Of a stretch of DNA of 64,000 nucleotides, positions 40,091-54,419 are shown in pieces. The position numbers were made by a program, and so were the translations under genes. Numbering within the stretch: the first letter of the stretch is position 1; every line of letters begins with the position of its first letter. Source of the DNA: Camelus ferus (lineage: Eukaryota); contig NC_045698.1 of assembly GCF_009834535.1 (NCBI RefSeq), forward strand, positions 15,750,001 through 15,814,000, given 5' to 3'. The notes below the pieces were generated by a model. That model ran no database searches. It was given only the letters and a program-made list of their open reading frames with translations, and was not told the origin of the DNA.

Positions 40091-43000
40091 AAAGGAGAAT
40101 TATATTTTTGAAGTCAGTTGCCTAGATTTTTCATTATACTCCAGTGTTAATTAGCTCAAGTGAAAAAGGCTGTTTATGACATACTCTGTATAAGGCACTG
40201 GAGAAAATACATTTATCAGTAAGTCATACTGCTAACTTTAATATTTTTATAGCCTAGAATTATTTGTTCAGTTTTCCTATATGAAGCTAACATCTAGCTC
40301 TGGTAATCTGAATAATAAATAAATTACAGAAATTAATAAAATATAATTAAACTGAAAATAGAAAAAAAAGTTATGATTTGAAATATTAGCTCCACTTTAA
40401 AAACTCAAGTTTCATACTTCTGAAGAAAATCATGAAATATGGAATGAAGAGAATATAGAAAATGCAGTATAATTTCAGTCCCACAGGCATTATTTCAAAG
40501 ACAAAATGCTTAAGTCGCTTTGGATGAATCTTTGAAAAGAGAGAAATGCTCCAGAGTCAATATTTTATTTTTATTAAAACCATGTTCTGCATTTCAGCTA
40601 AATGCATAATTCCTTAGAAAGTGATTATTAACTGTGCTCTGTAGGGTACCTTTACGATACATTCTCTCAATGAGGAGTTATGAGTCTGGCTTTGGTAATG
40701 ACGTATGACTGGTTTTCAACCGAAGGTAATTTCAAAATGAAATTATATGTATCTATTTATTAGAAATATTGTTTACTTATAAAATTTAATTTGCATAAGT
40801 ATATCCTTTTTTTGTATTCTTCAAAAGAATGTCACATTATATTCAATAAAGATTGCATTCAAGTAAAGAAATAAAAAGATAACTTTTCATATTTCAAAGA
40901 CTTTAACAGAGTTATTAAGCTCTATGACTTAATCATATTAATCATCTCAACTATATAAATAAATTTCTGGACTAAACTTAAGTTTTAAGATATGCCTAGG
41001 GTTATCCACAGTTAAGTACCTAAGAAGCATATGCTTTTAATGCTAAAAAGACTTTCAATATTTGTTCAGAACACTCCCAGGCAATGTCAGTAGGTCTAGA
41101 GAGTTTATATGACCTGTTTGAGGAAACTTAGTGGTTAATGACAGAGTCAAAAGTCAGGTGAAAATTACCTACATCCTAATAGCATTAGCAAATATCCAAT
41201 AAACACACAGCTAATTCTTTTCTCTTGTAAAAGTTACCTGTAAGTTTCAGTTCTAAATGAATGTACGGGGGAGCGTGGGCAGGTGTATGCTTGAAACTTA
41301 AATGAACAAATCTTGCATGGTCCATGAAAACTTCAACATCTTTACCTGAAGCCCCAAGAGCTTAAACTTGATAATCTACCTTTTGTAAGATAGGTCATTT
41401 TAATATCAGGAATATCTCATTTTCCAATTTTGGTTTATTTTTAATCATTAATATTTCAAACCCTAAATGCCAAGAGACTCTCAGGAGTATGTTCAGACTT
41501 CTTGAACAATTTCAGAGGGTATTTCAAATCAGAGAGAAAATAATGCATCTGCAACCTCTGTGGTCCTTTTTTTATTTTACACAAAGGCTACTTGTGCATA
41601 AATACATGCTGAAAAGTCTAGTTTTCACTTGATTGCGTGGACATGATCACTTCTGGATACCCCACTTTCGGCTAACCCCAATGAATGAAACATAAAATGA
41701 AATAGCAAGAGAACTTTAAGACAGGGGACCAGAATACTTATTTCGGGGGTCATACTTATGTTAGTTTGCTGAGGAATCTACCCAATAGTATTTCAAGGTT
41801 TTTCCGCATCCTCTAAGTTTTAAAGCTGTGTATTAGTTGTGGCTGAATTTATAAATTATCATGCACCCCATACTCAGAAAATGCTCTATTCCTTATCAGA
41901 AAAGTAACCAAACATTTTCATTAAATATTGTGCTGTTTAAAAACATTATATTTCAAATAAACATAAGAATGTTCTCAATAAAAGTGTTGCATTATGCAGA
42001 AATCTAACCTCTCATTATACACAACTTTACTCAACATTCTTTTTTTCCTTAAATCTTCCTATGATTTTCCACTCCGTAAACATAACATTCAACACTTTGG
42101 CTTTAGATACAGTAATGAATCTATAAATTCTGTACAATTTTTCTATGAATACCCAAAGAACGTACTGTATTGCCATGCAGTTGAGATTACATGACTGATA
42201 TCTCTTTTACTGAGGAAAAATGTGACAAGAAGTAGCACTGAACCATAGTGTCAATTAATTTTAAATTCATGGAACAGCTGTGAACGTTAGAGCTGTACAG
42301 CTCTTCCCTGGACCCCTGTGAATTATCTGTCATGGTTAAAGGAAGCATAACAGTTTGCCATAGGTATACCCAGAGGGTATGGACTCCTAGGAAAGTGAAG
42401 AAAGAAAGTGGAGGTATCACAAAAGAGTGTGATCCAGACAGCCGCGTGGGGAGAGGAGATAAGGTAGGAGAAGTGGAGGTGGGATGAGAGGCGATGAAAG
42501 CGCTGACAGAAGAGACGGACTGTGCAGATATTAGGTTTACAAAGCAAGATCTGTATCTATAACTCAAATCTGGGAGAAGAGCATTTCTACACATCAAAGA
42601 GCCTCAAGGAGATGGTTTACTTTTTAATGCAATTCAAAAGCAACAGTAAAATGCCAGGACTGTCGCTACTTCCTAGGTGTCTGAAATGATACAATTACAA
42701 TTCATGGATAGAATCATTACACAACTGTATTTCCCCAAAGGGAAGGAAACACAAACACAGCAGATCTAACACGACTCCATTTGCTACTGTCAGCTCATAT
42801 TTAAGATTCTGAAATTAGTATCAGTTACCGAGGTTGACTTTTACTAGAAAGGTAGCCGAGAAGCTTTTTCTGCATCATTTGTTATTGTATTTTGGTATGC
42901 TATGTATTTTAATTGTGATGAAATATACCTATATCTTATTTATTTTTATATTAATCCAACATCTATGTAACATTATCTATGATGCCAAGGCAAAAGAAAG

Positions 43001-43254
43001 AATAGATTTTAATGCAACCGGGGAGTTATGAGAAACCACAGTGTCATGAATTGAGCCTTAAATGATAGCTCCACCCAAAAATGTGGGGTGGGTGGGAGGT
43101 ACTCTAGGAATAATTGAATGTAATTTGGAAAAGCCTTGGGATCTGAAAAAAAATGGTACCTGTAGGGAATTTCAGACAGTTTAATACAATTTTATCTAAG
43201 GATGCATTAGATAGTGGTGGATAAGGCTAAAATATTTTTTTAAAAGAACAAAAT

Positions 43255-43740
43255 ATATTAGTTTTGTTTATTACTGTGTAAAAAAGAAAAAGCACAACAT
43301 TTAGTAGCTTAAAACAACAAGAACATTTGTATTTATGAATCTGTGACTTGGACAGGGCTAGGCAGGGACAACTTGTCTCTGACCCACTTGGCATCAGCAG
43401 TCAGAATCATCTGAAGGCTCCTCACTCATGTGTTGGGCAGTTGCTGTTGGCAGTCAGCTGAGACCACAGTCGGGGCTCTGATCAGAATCCCTACAGCTAG
43501 ATACTGGGTTCCAACGATGGGACATTGTCTTTTATCACCCAGCCTTAGAAGTCATGCACTGTAACTTTGGTCACATGTTATTTACTGAAAGTCCGTCACT
43601 AAATCCAGTCTTTATTCACAAAAAAGGAAAATTAGATCCCATCTCTCAAGGTATAAACGTTTAAAACACATAATAAAAGCATGTAAAATGGGATATTTTC
43701 CCATAACTGTCTCTGAAAAATAAAACATGATACTATTGCT
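43255..43740 (-). mobile_element. MaLR LTR (MLT1F/G/H-like)
   Basis: atttagtagcttaaaacaacaa...acagggctaggcagggacaacttgtctctg...aatcatctgaaggctcctcactcatgtg...agccttagaagtcatgca. Confidence 0.8.
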
Positions 43741-44559
43741 TTGTTTCCAAGCTAAAACTGGGAAAATGCATTCCAAGGACTTTCAAATGGACAGGATACA
43801 CCATCAGATCTGTGGCTCTGATAGCAGTTTTTGGCAGCTTCTTGGAAAAGATGAGAGGTCTTGTGTTTAATGGAAGGGAGACCTGTTGAAAAGTCACTGC
43901 AGAAAGTAGCAATGACACCTTGGATTACAGCAGGGAATGTGGGGAAACAGTCAGGTGACAATGCACTTCCAGGAAAGAGAAAGGGACCTACAAAGACAAA
44001 TGCTACAAAGAGGAAGAGTAAAATAAAGAGTGAACTTGTCCTGGAATTTGGAAACAATCTTAATATGAGTGTTGAATATTGAAGGAGGAAGACAGATTGA
44101 AACAATTTCTAAGGCTACTGAAACACTAGAAACCTGAGAACTACAAATATAGAGGTGAGCAACTCAGGGGATCCAGAGAAGATTCGATAATAAGTCGCCA
44201 GAGGACACAGATGAAAAGCTGATACTTCATTTAATTTATTTTGTCTCTATTCTTTGCTGTAAAATGGGTCAGGTTGAGATTTCACTGGAAGAGGCAGAAG
44301 GTATATTGGAAGCACAAGACTGGAGAATGTAGACTCCTATGAATCCTAACACCAGAGGAAGGGTCGGCTGTTAAACAGTCTTCTACTGGGATGATGGATG
44401 GTGCTAACTCTGTGCACAGGTTCAGAGAAGGTATAGGTGAGAAAAGAGCATGATTTGTTGAAATGGAGAATCTGCTCAAGAATATTGCAAATTACTGAGT
44501 GTGGGGGAAAAAAAAGAGTGAACATTGAAAGTAACGTATATCTTGAAACATAAGGTGCA

Positions 44560-44750
44560 CAAACTTTATCTCTTACTTTTCTGCTACTTAGGAGCTGTGT
44601 GAAAATGGGTTCATTTCTTAACTTCTCTTTGCCTCAGTTTTCTTATCTATAAAATGGGGTTGCTGTTTATTAAATGGCTCAGTTTAAGGAAAACACTTAG
44701 GCTGGTGCTTGACACATAGTACATCCATATAAACATTGGTCAATCTTATT
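44560..44750 (+). mobile_element. MIR SINE
   Basis: ctgctactta...agctgtgtga...cttaacttctctttgcctcagttttcttatctataaaatgggg...gtgcttgacacatagta. Confidence 0.8.
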
Positions 44751-45549
44751 AAACCAAATAGTTGTATAAAATCAAAAGTGCTCTGATCACAGAAAAAGAA
44801 GGCATTGACTATTGTTGCCATCACCTCTACGTCGGAATAATCTTAGTAGAGCTGTGTTAATCCTGTCCCTTGGGGAAAATATTACTTAACAAATTTTTAA
44901 ATGAGCTGAACATTGTCCCAACAGCAGGAAAAAATAGATGTATTTTCTTGAGATTAAAATACTTTAAAACAACCCCAAACATATCATATAATAATGAACA
45001 TACGAATAGTTTTTAAGCCTTCCCAAATATAATCTTAGCTTAAAATAACACATTTTCTTTAACATACAGACATATTACTATTAAATTTCTTATTTAACAC
45101 ACTACGTACATGAAATAAGTTTGGTGATTTCTATGATCAAGCCCTCATTATTCAAATAACTTGATAAGTAAATAATTTTCTTAGTTCTCAATTGCCATAT
45201 TTTCTAAAATATGACATCAAAAAGGACATCTTTTCAGGAACAAAAGAACAGAAAAAGAGAAAAATTACTGTGATAATAATGTTGATTATCTAGTGTTAGA
45301 TGCATACTAATTTAAAAAACAATGTTAAAATAGAATAAGCACATATATACTTTGTCCATGTGTGAATGAGTGTAATTTTCTATAGCCTCATTGTGGTTAT
45401 GTTATGACTGCACGTTAAAAACAACAACAACAACAACAAAAAAAACTCAAGAAAAGATCAGAAATGGATTCCAACACTTTATTTTACTGAATAAAATTTC
45501 TATTCAGATTTTTAGTTTTTATTTGCCTCTTCCAAAATTGTTATTTCAA

Positions 45550-46240
45550 TATCCCTCTCTTACTGAATGGCAGAGTCAAAAATCCAAATAATCCTGAAGC
45601 GTAGGGCTTATCTTTCATACTAATCTCCCTCTCACAGCCTGTATCCCCATCATCACAGGCTTTAAAAACTTTCCCTTCATAGATCTGCCCCAAAGCCCAC
45701 CATTTTTCTTCATCTCCAGAAGAACCACAGAGCCTGTCCTGGACTATAGAAACAGCCTCCTGCTGTTCCATTTGGACACATTGCTCTTCCTTAATTTGTT
45801 TGGATTGGTTTATTTATTTATTTTCCAAGGTAAATTGTATCCCTGCTGGAGCCACTGCCTGCCTCCTTCCCCAGCCTCCTGGAGCCCCACACACCTGCTG
45901 AGTCTCCTGGCTGTAGCCACGCAGGCTTCAAATCCTGATCTAAGCTATTATTCCTCTTGTCCAGGAATCCCTCTCAGTGGAGTATCTTTCCTTCCTCTCT
46001 CATTCTAAATAACTTTCTCGCATCTGTGTAATCTTAGTTCAATTGTTTCTTGAGAGAATAATTGTTCGTGACCTTGAGTTACCCAATTTCAAAGGATGAA
46101 TTCAAAAAAGTTTTTTATTCTGTACTTTCATTTAGTCCCGTCCCTGGAATTATGGTAGTTTTCTTTCATGTTTATCTAGACCTAATTATTCAGGCATCTT
46201 GCCTAAAAGGTTCAGCACAGTCAGGTTCCATTAAAGAGCA
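45550..46240 (+). mobile_element. L2 fragments
   Basis: tcttcatctcca...cctggactatagaaacagcctcctgctg and pyrimidine-rich L2 body motifs. Confidence 0.55.
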
Positions 46241-48453
46241 AGAGAAGAAAAGAGTTGGAGGAAGGCTAGAAACAGTGACTTAATTTCATTGCAAAGGCGA
46301 GTGAAGGCTGCTCATTTTCCTGCTCAAACTACTTTCAAAAACAATCATCTCCATCCCCTGATTTTTCCCTGTGATCCTAATTTGTAGCTGTTTGTGAAAG
46401 ACACTGAGACATCTGTAAATGCATACTACACGTGTTCAGTGATGCTACTTCTATTCAGTGATTCTGAAACTGTTTTTTTTTTTCAAGTCTGTTCTTGTTT
46501 GCATGCCTCATTGTTTACTAACCACCATTCCACCCACATCTATCAGAGAGAATAGCCTGAGAATTCAAAGGAAGAAGGAGGAGGAGAAGCAGGAGGAAGG
46601 ACTATTTTGAGCTCAGAAATTTGAAACTAGATTGAAAAAGAATGTTGAGAAAGGCAAGAAGTTAGAGTCAATATTTTGTGAATCAATGTAAATACAGTGT
46701 GTTTGTAGGGACTACATGAATATATATAAAAAGAAGCCTTTGAGCAAAAGGTAAAAAAGGCACAGGAAAACATGTCAATTACTTAAAACGTGCCATTTAT
46801 CAGATTTTTTAGACAAGTACAATTGTAGTAAATTGTAATTATCTCAATTAAGTTGGTAGCTGTGTCCCTTAATTCCTTCAAATAATTTTCAGGCATCATT
46901 ATTGACATTTTTCTAATTTTAAATTGAATATTATAAGTATTTATAATGAGATGCGGTTTTATTTATTTATCAGCTATAAACTAAAGCTGAATAATGCTAT
47001 TGTTGATGGGAAAAGTCACCTTTCTTTATATTATCCGGTACTTCAAACATCATCTAATATTCTAAACATATTTCATTTTAAAAATGTTACATACATTATT
47101 TAATCATCTCACGTTAACATATCACATTACATGTCATATTAATCTAAATCAAATCTCAGATATGATCAGTATCAATGGGTTCGTTCAATATGACTTTTTT
47201 TCTCCACACACAAATGTAAAATTGTAATGTACTCACTTGGATGTTTTAGGCAAACAGCAGAAGTTACAGTGATCAGTGCACTTGTCTCGTTGAACAGCAT
47301 ATAGACCCAAATACTAGCTATGATTAATTGAAAATTACAACAAAAACAAGAAATCCTTCACCCAGATAATCTGAGAAGTACTCATCTAATTAATTTGGAT
47401 CTTCAAATGCCCAGTACATGAGTGTTTGAAATTAGATATATGAATATTCTATATAACCTACATAATTTTTATTAGGATCTGCAACAATAAAAATTTTTCA
47501 TGAAGAAAATATATATATTACTGTTGGTTTTAAAATGTTCTTATCATGCCCTAGTAGGTCATTGATATTCTAGTCTGAAGACTGGGTCTGATCTAATGCA
47601 TCATAGTTATAAGAAGTAGCTTTCTTTATTTTAATAAATAAGTTGTTTATTTCAGGTCAAAGAAATACTTTCCCAGCTCAGAAACATTTCAAAAGGAGAC
47701 AGGGAGAATGTCAATAGCCATCATTTAAATTATGGACAATTTATCCAATCACAAAGGAACATTGGATATATCAACATTACCAATTTTAGATTTTAAGATA
47801 TTGAGTACCCCCCAAAATCATACTAATTTTATGGGCTAACATTAAGAATAATGAAACAACCTGTGCCTTCTCATAAATGTATCAAAAATACTTGCTTTGT
47901 TGCTGTTTTTCTTTCATATTATCCCTTGACCTGCAGGTAATTTAAGATATGCAAAAGGCTTTTTAAAAAATTTTTTTACTAGCACTGATGTATTTTTTAA
48001 GATATTTGCCTTGGAGAACAAACTATTCAAGTGTAATTAATTCTGCCTCTGCTGAAGCCATCTTTGAAGCTGACCGAACTGAGGATCCTGAGATCAAAAT
48101 TCTGGCAAATTAATAAAACATACACGAAGATTAGCAGTAGAAAACCATAAAGGTGAGCAGAACTGTTCTTTAACAGCTGGAAGAAACAGGGCAGTAGCAC
48201 CATTAAAAATACACAGGTAGGATTATTTCCCCCAAAAGTTATCATGTGTGTTTTTTTTTAAACTCAGAAATGACACCATCAAGCATCATCTCTGTTTGTA
48301 CAAGAAAGTAAAAATGGAGAATCCTTTATATTATGTCATACAGATTTTTCAAAAAATAATCAGGAAATAGTAGTTTATTGTGCAGTGCAGATTTTTCCTA
48401 AGTTTGAAATACATGAGGATTTTGAGCAAATGACATCCACCTTATCTTTTGAA

Positions 48454-48455
<2 letters not shown>

Positions 48456-48486
<31 letters not shown>
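48456..48486. repeat. (TG)15 microsatellite
   Basis: Read directly from the sequence. Confidence 0.95.
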
Positions 48487-48490
<4 letters not shown>

Positions 48491-48509
48491 AATATCAATA
48501 CAGTGGTTT

Positions 48510-49310
48510 TGGTCAGAATGGCCATCATTAAAAAGTCCACAAATGATAAATACTGGAGAGGGTGTGGAGAAAAGGGAACCCTCCTACACTATTGGTGGGA
48601 ATGTAGTTTGGTGCAGCCATTGTGGAAAACAGTATGCAGATTCCTTAACAAACTAAAAATAGACTCACCATATGATCCAGCAATCCCACTCCTGGGCATG
48701 GATCCAGAGAAAACTCCACTTCTGAAAAGATACATGCACTGCAGTGTTCATAGCAGCACTATTTAGCCAAGACATGGAAACAACCTAAATGTCCATGGAC
48801 AGATGACTGGATAAAGAAGTTGTAGTATATTTATACACTGGAATACTACTCATCCATTAAAAAAGAATGAAATAATGCCATTTGCAGCAACATGGATGGA
48901 CCTAGAGATTATCATATGAAGTGAATTAAGTCAGAAAGAGAAAGACAAATATCGCATGATATCACTTACACGTGAAAACTAAAAAAATGATACAAATGAA
49001 CTTACTGACAAAACAGAAACAGACTCACAGGCATAGAAAACAAATTTACGGTTACCAAAAAGAAAAGAGGGTGAGGAGGGATAAATTAGGAGTTTGAGAT
49101 TAGCAGATACAAACTACTATATATAAAACAGATAAACAACAAGGATCTACTACTGTACAGCACAGGGAACTGTATTCAATGTCTTATAATAACCTGTAAT
49201 GAAAAGGCATATGAAAAAATATATAACTGAATCAATATCCTGCACACTAGAAATTAATACATTTTAAATCAACTAGACTTCAATAAAAAATAAAATTCAG
49301 TTGTCAAAAA
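48510..49310 (+). mobile_element. L1 3' end (ORF2 C-terminus plus 3' UTR), older subfamily
   Basis: Translates [41 protein letters not shown]1 3' UTR and A-rich tail. Possible eroded TSD agtggttt at 48502-48509 and 49316-49323. Confidence 0.92.
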
Positions 49311-49421
49311 ATGATAGTGGTTTACACAAATAAGATTATCCAATACTGCTTTGTTTATTTGAAACTGATCATTTTGAGTAATGTGGCTCCACCCCTCTCC
49401 CTTGTTAGTATGTAGTCTGTC

Positions 49422-49866
49422 CTTTTTTCTTTTTGTTGAGGTATAATTGACACATCACATTATATTAGTTTTACTTTCAGATATACAACATTTAACATAA
49501 TGATTTGGTATATATATACATAAAGTGAAATGGTCACCACAATCTGTCTCATTAACATTCTTTACCACATATAGTTACAGCTTTTATTCCCTTATGATGA
49601 GAACTTTGAGGATCTATACAGTACAGTATTATTAATTATAGTCACCATGCTGTACATTACATCACTATGACTTATTTAATTTAAAACTGAAGTTTAGAGC
49701 TTTTGACCACTTTACCCACGTCATGTGCCCCCAAGCCCCCTCCTCTGGCAACCATCAATCTCTTCTCTGTTTCTATGATCTCGGTTTTGTTTTCATTTTA
49801 AATCCCACATATAAGTGTGATGATATTGTACTTGTTTTTCTAATGAATTAATTTCCCTGAACATGA
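49422..49866 (-). mobile_element. L1 3' end (L1MA9-like)
   Basis: T-rich tail then ttgaggtataattgaca...atagtcaccatgctgtacatta...ctctggcaaccatcaatct...cccacatataagtg. Confidence 0.85.
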
Positions 49867-50509
49867 CTAACACCAAATTTTCCAGGTTAGGATAAAAATT
49901 TTACAATGCATATTTTAACTAAATCTTCAGACATGTTTATTCTAGGAAGAGACACATGGGAAAAAACAACCACCGCGACAACAGAACAAAAATCAGGCTA
50001 CCCATTCGTTTTAGTATTGTTGGTAGAACTACGTAAAATGTGATTTTCATCACCACAGAATTAATTTTCAATTTCTGGAGACAGAATTGAAACGAGGCAG
50101 ATATTACTGCCCTCAAAGAAAACATTTTAACATCATAAACGAAATAAAAGATCAATCAGATCATGAGTTAATCCTTCAAATAGGATTTAGTTTTTGCCTT
50201 TTAATGATTATTTTATGTCAAAGAGTACAGTATTTCTGTGTTTATATTAAGGAATTCAGGTGCTTTTAAGATAAACACACTATAGGCATAAATGTATAAT
50301 TGTATTCTTACAATTATTTCCAGATGTTCATATTAAACACCTGAGGTTAATTGTAATATATTTGAAAACTTAAAATACGATTCACTGTATGTGGTAAATG
50401 TCTTTAGTTTTCTTAACAACTGAAGAATTGGATGTTTAATAAACCATCTAAATTATTTTATGGAATTTAAGAAAACTTACCGTGTAGGAATGAATCAACA
50501 ATAGATATT

Positions 50510-50690
50510 AATTAAAATCCAGGCAATACCTATAGTTGTGTGTCTTGGGTATATGACGTAGCTACTCTAGACTTCAGTTTCTTACTTTCAAATCCAAGGT
50601 TATTGTGAGATTTAAACAAGATAAATTTCCTTAACAGGGAGCACCCTACCTGGAACATAATAGGTATCCAATAAATAATAGTTGTGATTA
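50510..50690 (+). mobile_element. MIR SINE (decayed)
   Basis: tagttgtgtgtcttggg...cttcagtttctt...ggttattgtgagatttaaa...cctggaacataatagg...caataaat. Confidence 0.6.
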
Positions 50691-52402
50691 ATTAAAAAAA
50701 CATCCTTTCAACTTCAAGTATAATGAAAAATATATCCTTTGGGCATAATATCAAGGGGTTATAGTCATATAAACACTGAAGTGTATGTATTTGCCTAGTA
50801 CTTATTCAGATCCATTTATTTAGGTATCTGTAGCAATTAACTATGGTATACAAATTGGAAGAAAATAAGGGATTATAAGATTTAATGATTAAGCAACTGA
50901 AGACAGAAAAAGTCACTTTTGCTAGAAATGTGCAAATGCTAGAGTTAAGGGCGTAAAGGAAATAGAGAAATCAAAACAACAAATCATGACATAAACAATA
51001 ACATAAGTTATTATTTTACTTGTTAGAGAATAGGGTTACAAATGTATAATGAGAAAGGCATACTGAATTGAAAAATTTAAAATACTTAAGCCTTAGGATT
51101 GTGATATAATCCATATCACTTAGTAAAGTTTGAACTTTATAAAGTGGGGAAAATTTTCAGAAGGTATAACAACCCTGACCCGTAGAATTTAATTCTAAAG
51201 TAGATAGCTAGCTTACTTCTTTTCTTGTAATTACAGTACAACAAAAACTGAGAGTATATTTTGACCAGGCAAATCACCATGAGTGCATAGACAATTAAAT
51301 TGATATCCTATAAGAAAATATGTGCACATATGCTCTACTTAAGTAAAAATGTGTATGTATAAAGACGGGACATTATAACAAAGACTTTAATTTGCTGCAC
51401 AAATGCTAAAACCTTAACACTTCTGCGCAAATTTGAAACAATCTAATGTGTCACATGCTACAGAACCTCTCCATCTTTCCACAGAACCCACACAAAATAG
51501 TGCCTATAACTTCTTCACCTAAATTGAAGAGTGTAGTTCATATGTATAATTTGCCTTAACAGTATGTATCTAAATGACTGACTATTTAACCTCTAAATTA
51601 TCTCATTTTTCTTATTATTAATTTTCTCTGATCATTTCTCTTTTTTTCAGCCTCTCCACTTTCTCCCTCTGTTATTTTACTTTCAAGATGTTTTGATTGT
51701 TAATAACTACTTTACCTGTTTCATTCCTTTAACAAAATTATAGCCAGATCATGCATACTGCTAAGGTTAAGGTAGTCAGCATTTTCATGACAAAAACTGC
51801 TCTTTAGAGGTTTATAACTCAACCGTAAAAATTCACACTGGGCTTATCTTGGCGTAAAAGGTCATAGCCAGAAGCAAATTTGTTTTACCAATTTTCAAGC
51901 AATTCAATGCAGTCAATGTCCTAACTGATGCAAACATAAACCAAATACTAAAGAAATGTACTCCCCCCAAGTAATAATAACCACGGGCTGATAGTTATTT
52001 TCAAGTTATTTAGTCGTTTTTAAATTTGCATGTGTCCCACACAGGTGTTGAAAAAATAGTTCCAGGAAAGAATGAAGGCAAAAAATTATGGCTTTCTTCC
52101 AAGCGACTAACACTAACATATGTGGCCATAAAATAAATAGCCTTCATGGCAGGTGGCTTACCCTCAAACAACAACAGAATCTCTCAGTATTTTACATATA
52201 CTACTATGTAAAATATGTTAAGGCTCTATTTAGAGGAAGAAGCTGTTATATCAATAACCTTCCAAAACCACTTGAAAAATATTGTAAAAACTCCACAAAT
52301 GTTTTTTATCTCATTTCATATAATACTGAAATTACCAAAAAGTAACAACATATATAATACTATCTCAGGATTTTAGATCAATGGTAATAAAATTCTCATT
52401 CT

Positions 52403-52750
52403 ATATGTGGAATCTTAAAAAAAAAAAAGAAGAAGACAAATGAACTTAAATATAAAACAGAAACAGACTTCACAGACAAAGAATACAAACTTGTGGTTGC
52501 CGGGGGGAGGGGGGTGGGAAGATACAGACTGGGAATTCGAGATTTGTAGATACTGACAGGTATACATAAGAATAGATAAACAAGTTTATACTGTTATAGC
52601 ACAAGGAAATATATACAGGATCTTGCAGTAGCTCACAGTGAAAAAGAATACGGAAATGAATATATGTATATTTATGTATAACTGAAAAATTGTGCTGAAC
52701 ACCAGAAGACACAATGTTGTAAACTGACTGTAACTCAGTAAAAAAAAAAA
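52403..52750 (+). mobile_element. Young L1 3'-UTR-only insertion (348 bp)
   Basis: Begins atatgtggaatct (ORF2 end) and is homologous to 39755-40080, with a pure poly(A) tail. Perfect 14-bp TSD aaaattctcattct at 52389-52402 and 52751-52764. Confidence 0.95.
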
Positions 52751-53324
52751 AAAATTCTCATTCTGTTTCTGTAGCTACTTTTCCAAAAGTAAAAACAGAG
52801 ACTAGTAGAAGTGAGTTTATATCATGACTGAATTCAGAAACTAAGGCTTTGGGAAACAAAAAGGTCGGGTGTTCCACCTCAAGAAACTTCCTACTAAAAT
52901 TATTCACAATGTCTGTAGGAAACTGTTTTCCAACCACATAAATGTTTTTGTGTAAATCTACATCAGAAAAATAAAAATAATGAGAAGAAAGGAAAAGAAA
53001 ATTAAAAGTAGTAAAAGAAAAAGGATTCTATTGCAACAGGAATACTGTCATTCTGGAAAATTCAGGAGAAGACATTAATATAGAAAAAATTGTTGTAAAG
53101 AATTTAAGCTCAGAAATTTATGATTAAATACAAGTCAGGCACCATAACATATGCTAAAAGTCAAATGAAATCTCATTACCCTAATAACATCCTGGACTTC
53201 TTATAATTCCATTCCATTTTGGGAGTATACATATCCATGTTTTTATCAGAGATGTAATGATACAATTTTTATTTTGATCTTATTCCATTCTTATTTTAAA
53301 ACTTCATAGTGTTTATTCAGCGAT

Positions 53325-53570
53325 AATAATGATAAAAATCATAATCATTACAGTAGTTAAAACATCCATAGCTCTTATTACATGCTTAAAGTAGCATTAT
53401 TTTATTTTCACAACTTTCAAGTTAAGTATTATTATTAACTCTACTTTATACACAAGAGAAAACTTTGAGCTAGTGAATTTAAGTAACTGGCTCAAGCTCT
53501 CATGATTATGATAGTAAACCGAGGATTCAAAGCCAGGCAACATAACTATATAATGTGTTCCTCGCCGTAT
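53325..53570 (-). mobile_element. MIR SINE
   Basis: tattattattaactctacttta...tttaagtaactggctcaag...aggattcaaagccaggca. Confidence 0.65.
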
Positions 53571-54030
53571 GTTAGATATTTCTCATTTTAATATGTCATT
53601 TGCTAGTTTTTTTTCCTAAACTTATTTCTTTGCTATTAGAAAGAATGGTTGTTTCCTGTCATTTCTTTCAAGAAACCACATTGCTTTGAACATCTTCACA
53701 CATATGTTTACTGGATATCTACTAACTTCTTTGGAGCTGATGATCAATACTGCTTTTAATGAAACAAAAATATAGAAATTTATTTTATGTATATTCTGAT
53801 TGTTTTCTGTTTACTGAATGTAATTATAAATATATCCCTGTCAATATATATTAAATATAAATATATCCCTGTACACACACACACACACATGCAAACATGC
53901 ATTTCGACTTGAATAGCTATGAAATGGAACGTCATTTCTTTGTAATCATTTGTGAAGTTGAACATTTTTGAATGTTTAAATACATATATTTCCTCACTTT
54001 TCTTATAACCTCTTTTCACACTGATCAATT
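53570..54030 (-). mobile_element. Highly decayed L1ME-like fragment containing a (CA)n tract at about 53873-53889
   Basis: catttctttgtaatcatttgtgaagttgaacatttttgaatgttta and ctttgaacatcttcacacatatg motifs. Confidence 0.45.
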
Positions 54031-54419
54031 TCATACCACCTTTAGTAAATTAACTTGCACTTGTAGTAAAATTTATGAGACTTAGTGACAGCAAAATTAT
54101 ATTCATCAACAGAGAAATCAGGTATAGAGGTATAAAAATGTTCAGCACATACAAGAAAAAGTCAGAAATTTAACTTGGCTCGAACTTCATTAACTAAGGC
54201 GTGGGGGTATTTGTCAAAGGCCATCATTAGGAGATTCTGGAAATGAGCATGAAGGCTGGATCATGAATTTTCATAAGCCAGTGGTTTCAAACTTTTGAAT
54301 AGTTTGATAACAAATCACAAACTCACTGAGCTTATTAGAGACACAAACAGTTCAGCTCTTGAATGCTGAATTTGGCTGCATTGTAGAAGAGAACTCATTC
54401 TAGGTGAGAATCTGAATGG

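Noticed and set aside
42187..42597. 136-aa minus-strand ORF, the longest outside L1
   Set aside because: Ser/Pro/Leu-rich translation of a purine-biased tract, with no recognisable domain or splice context.
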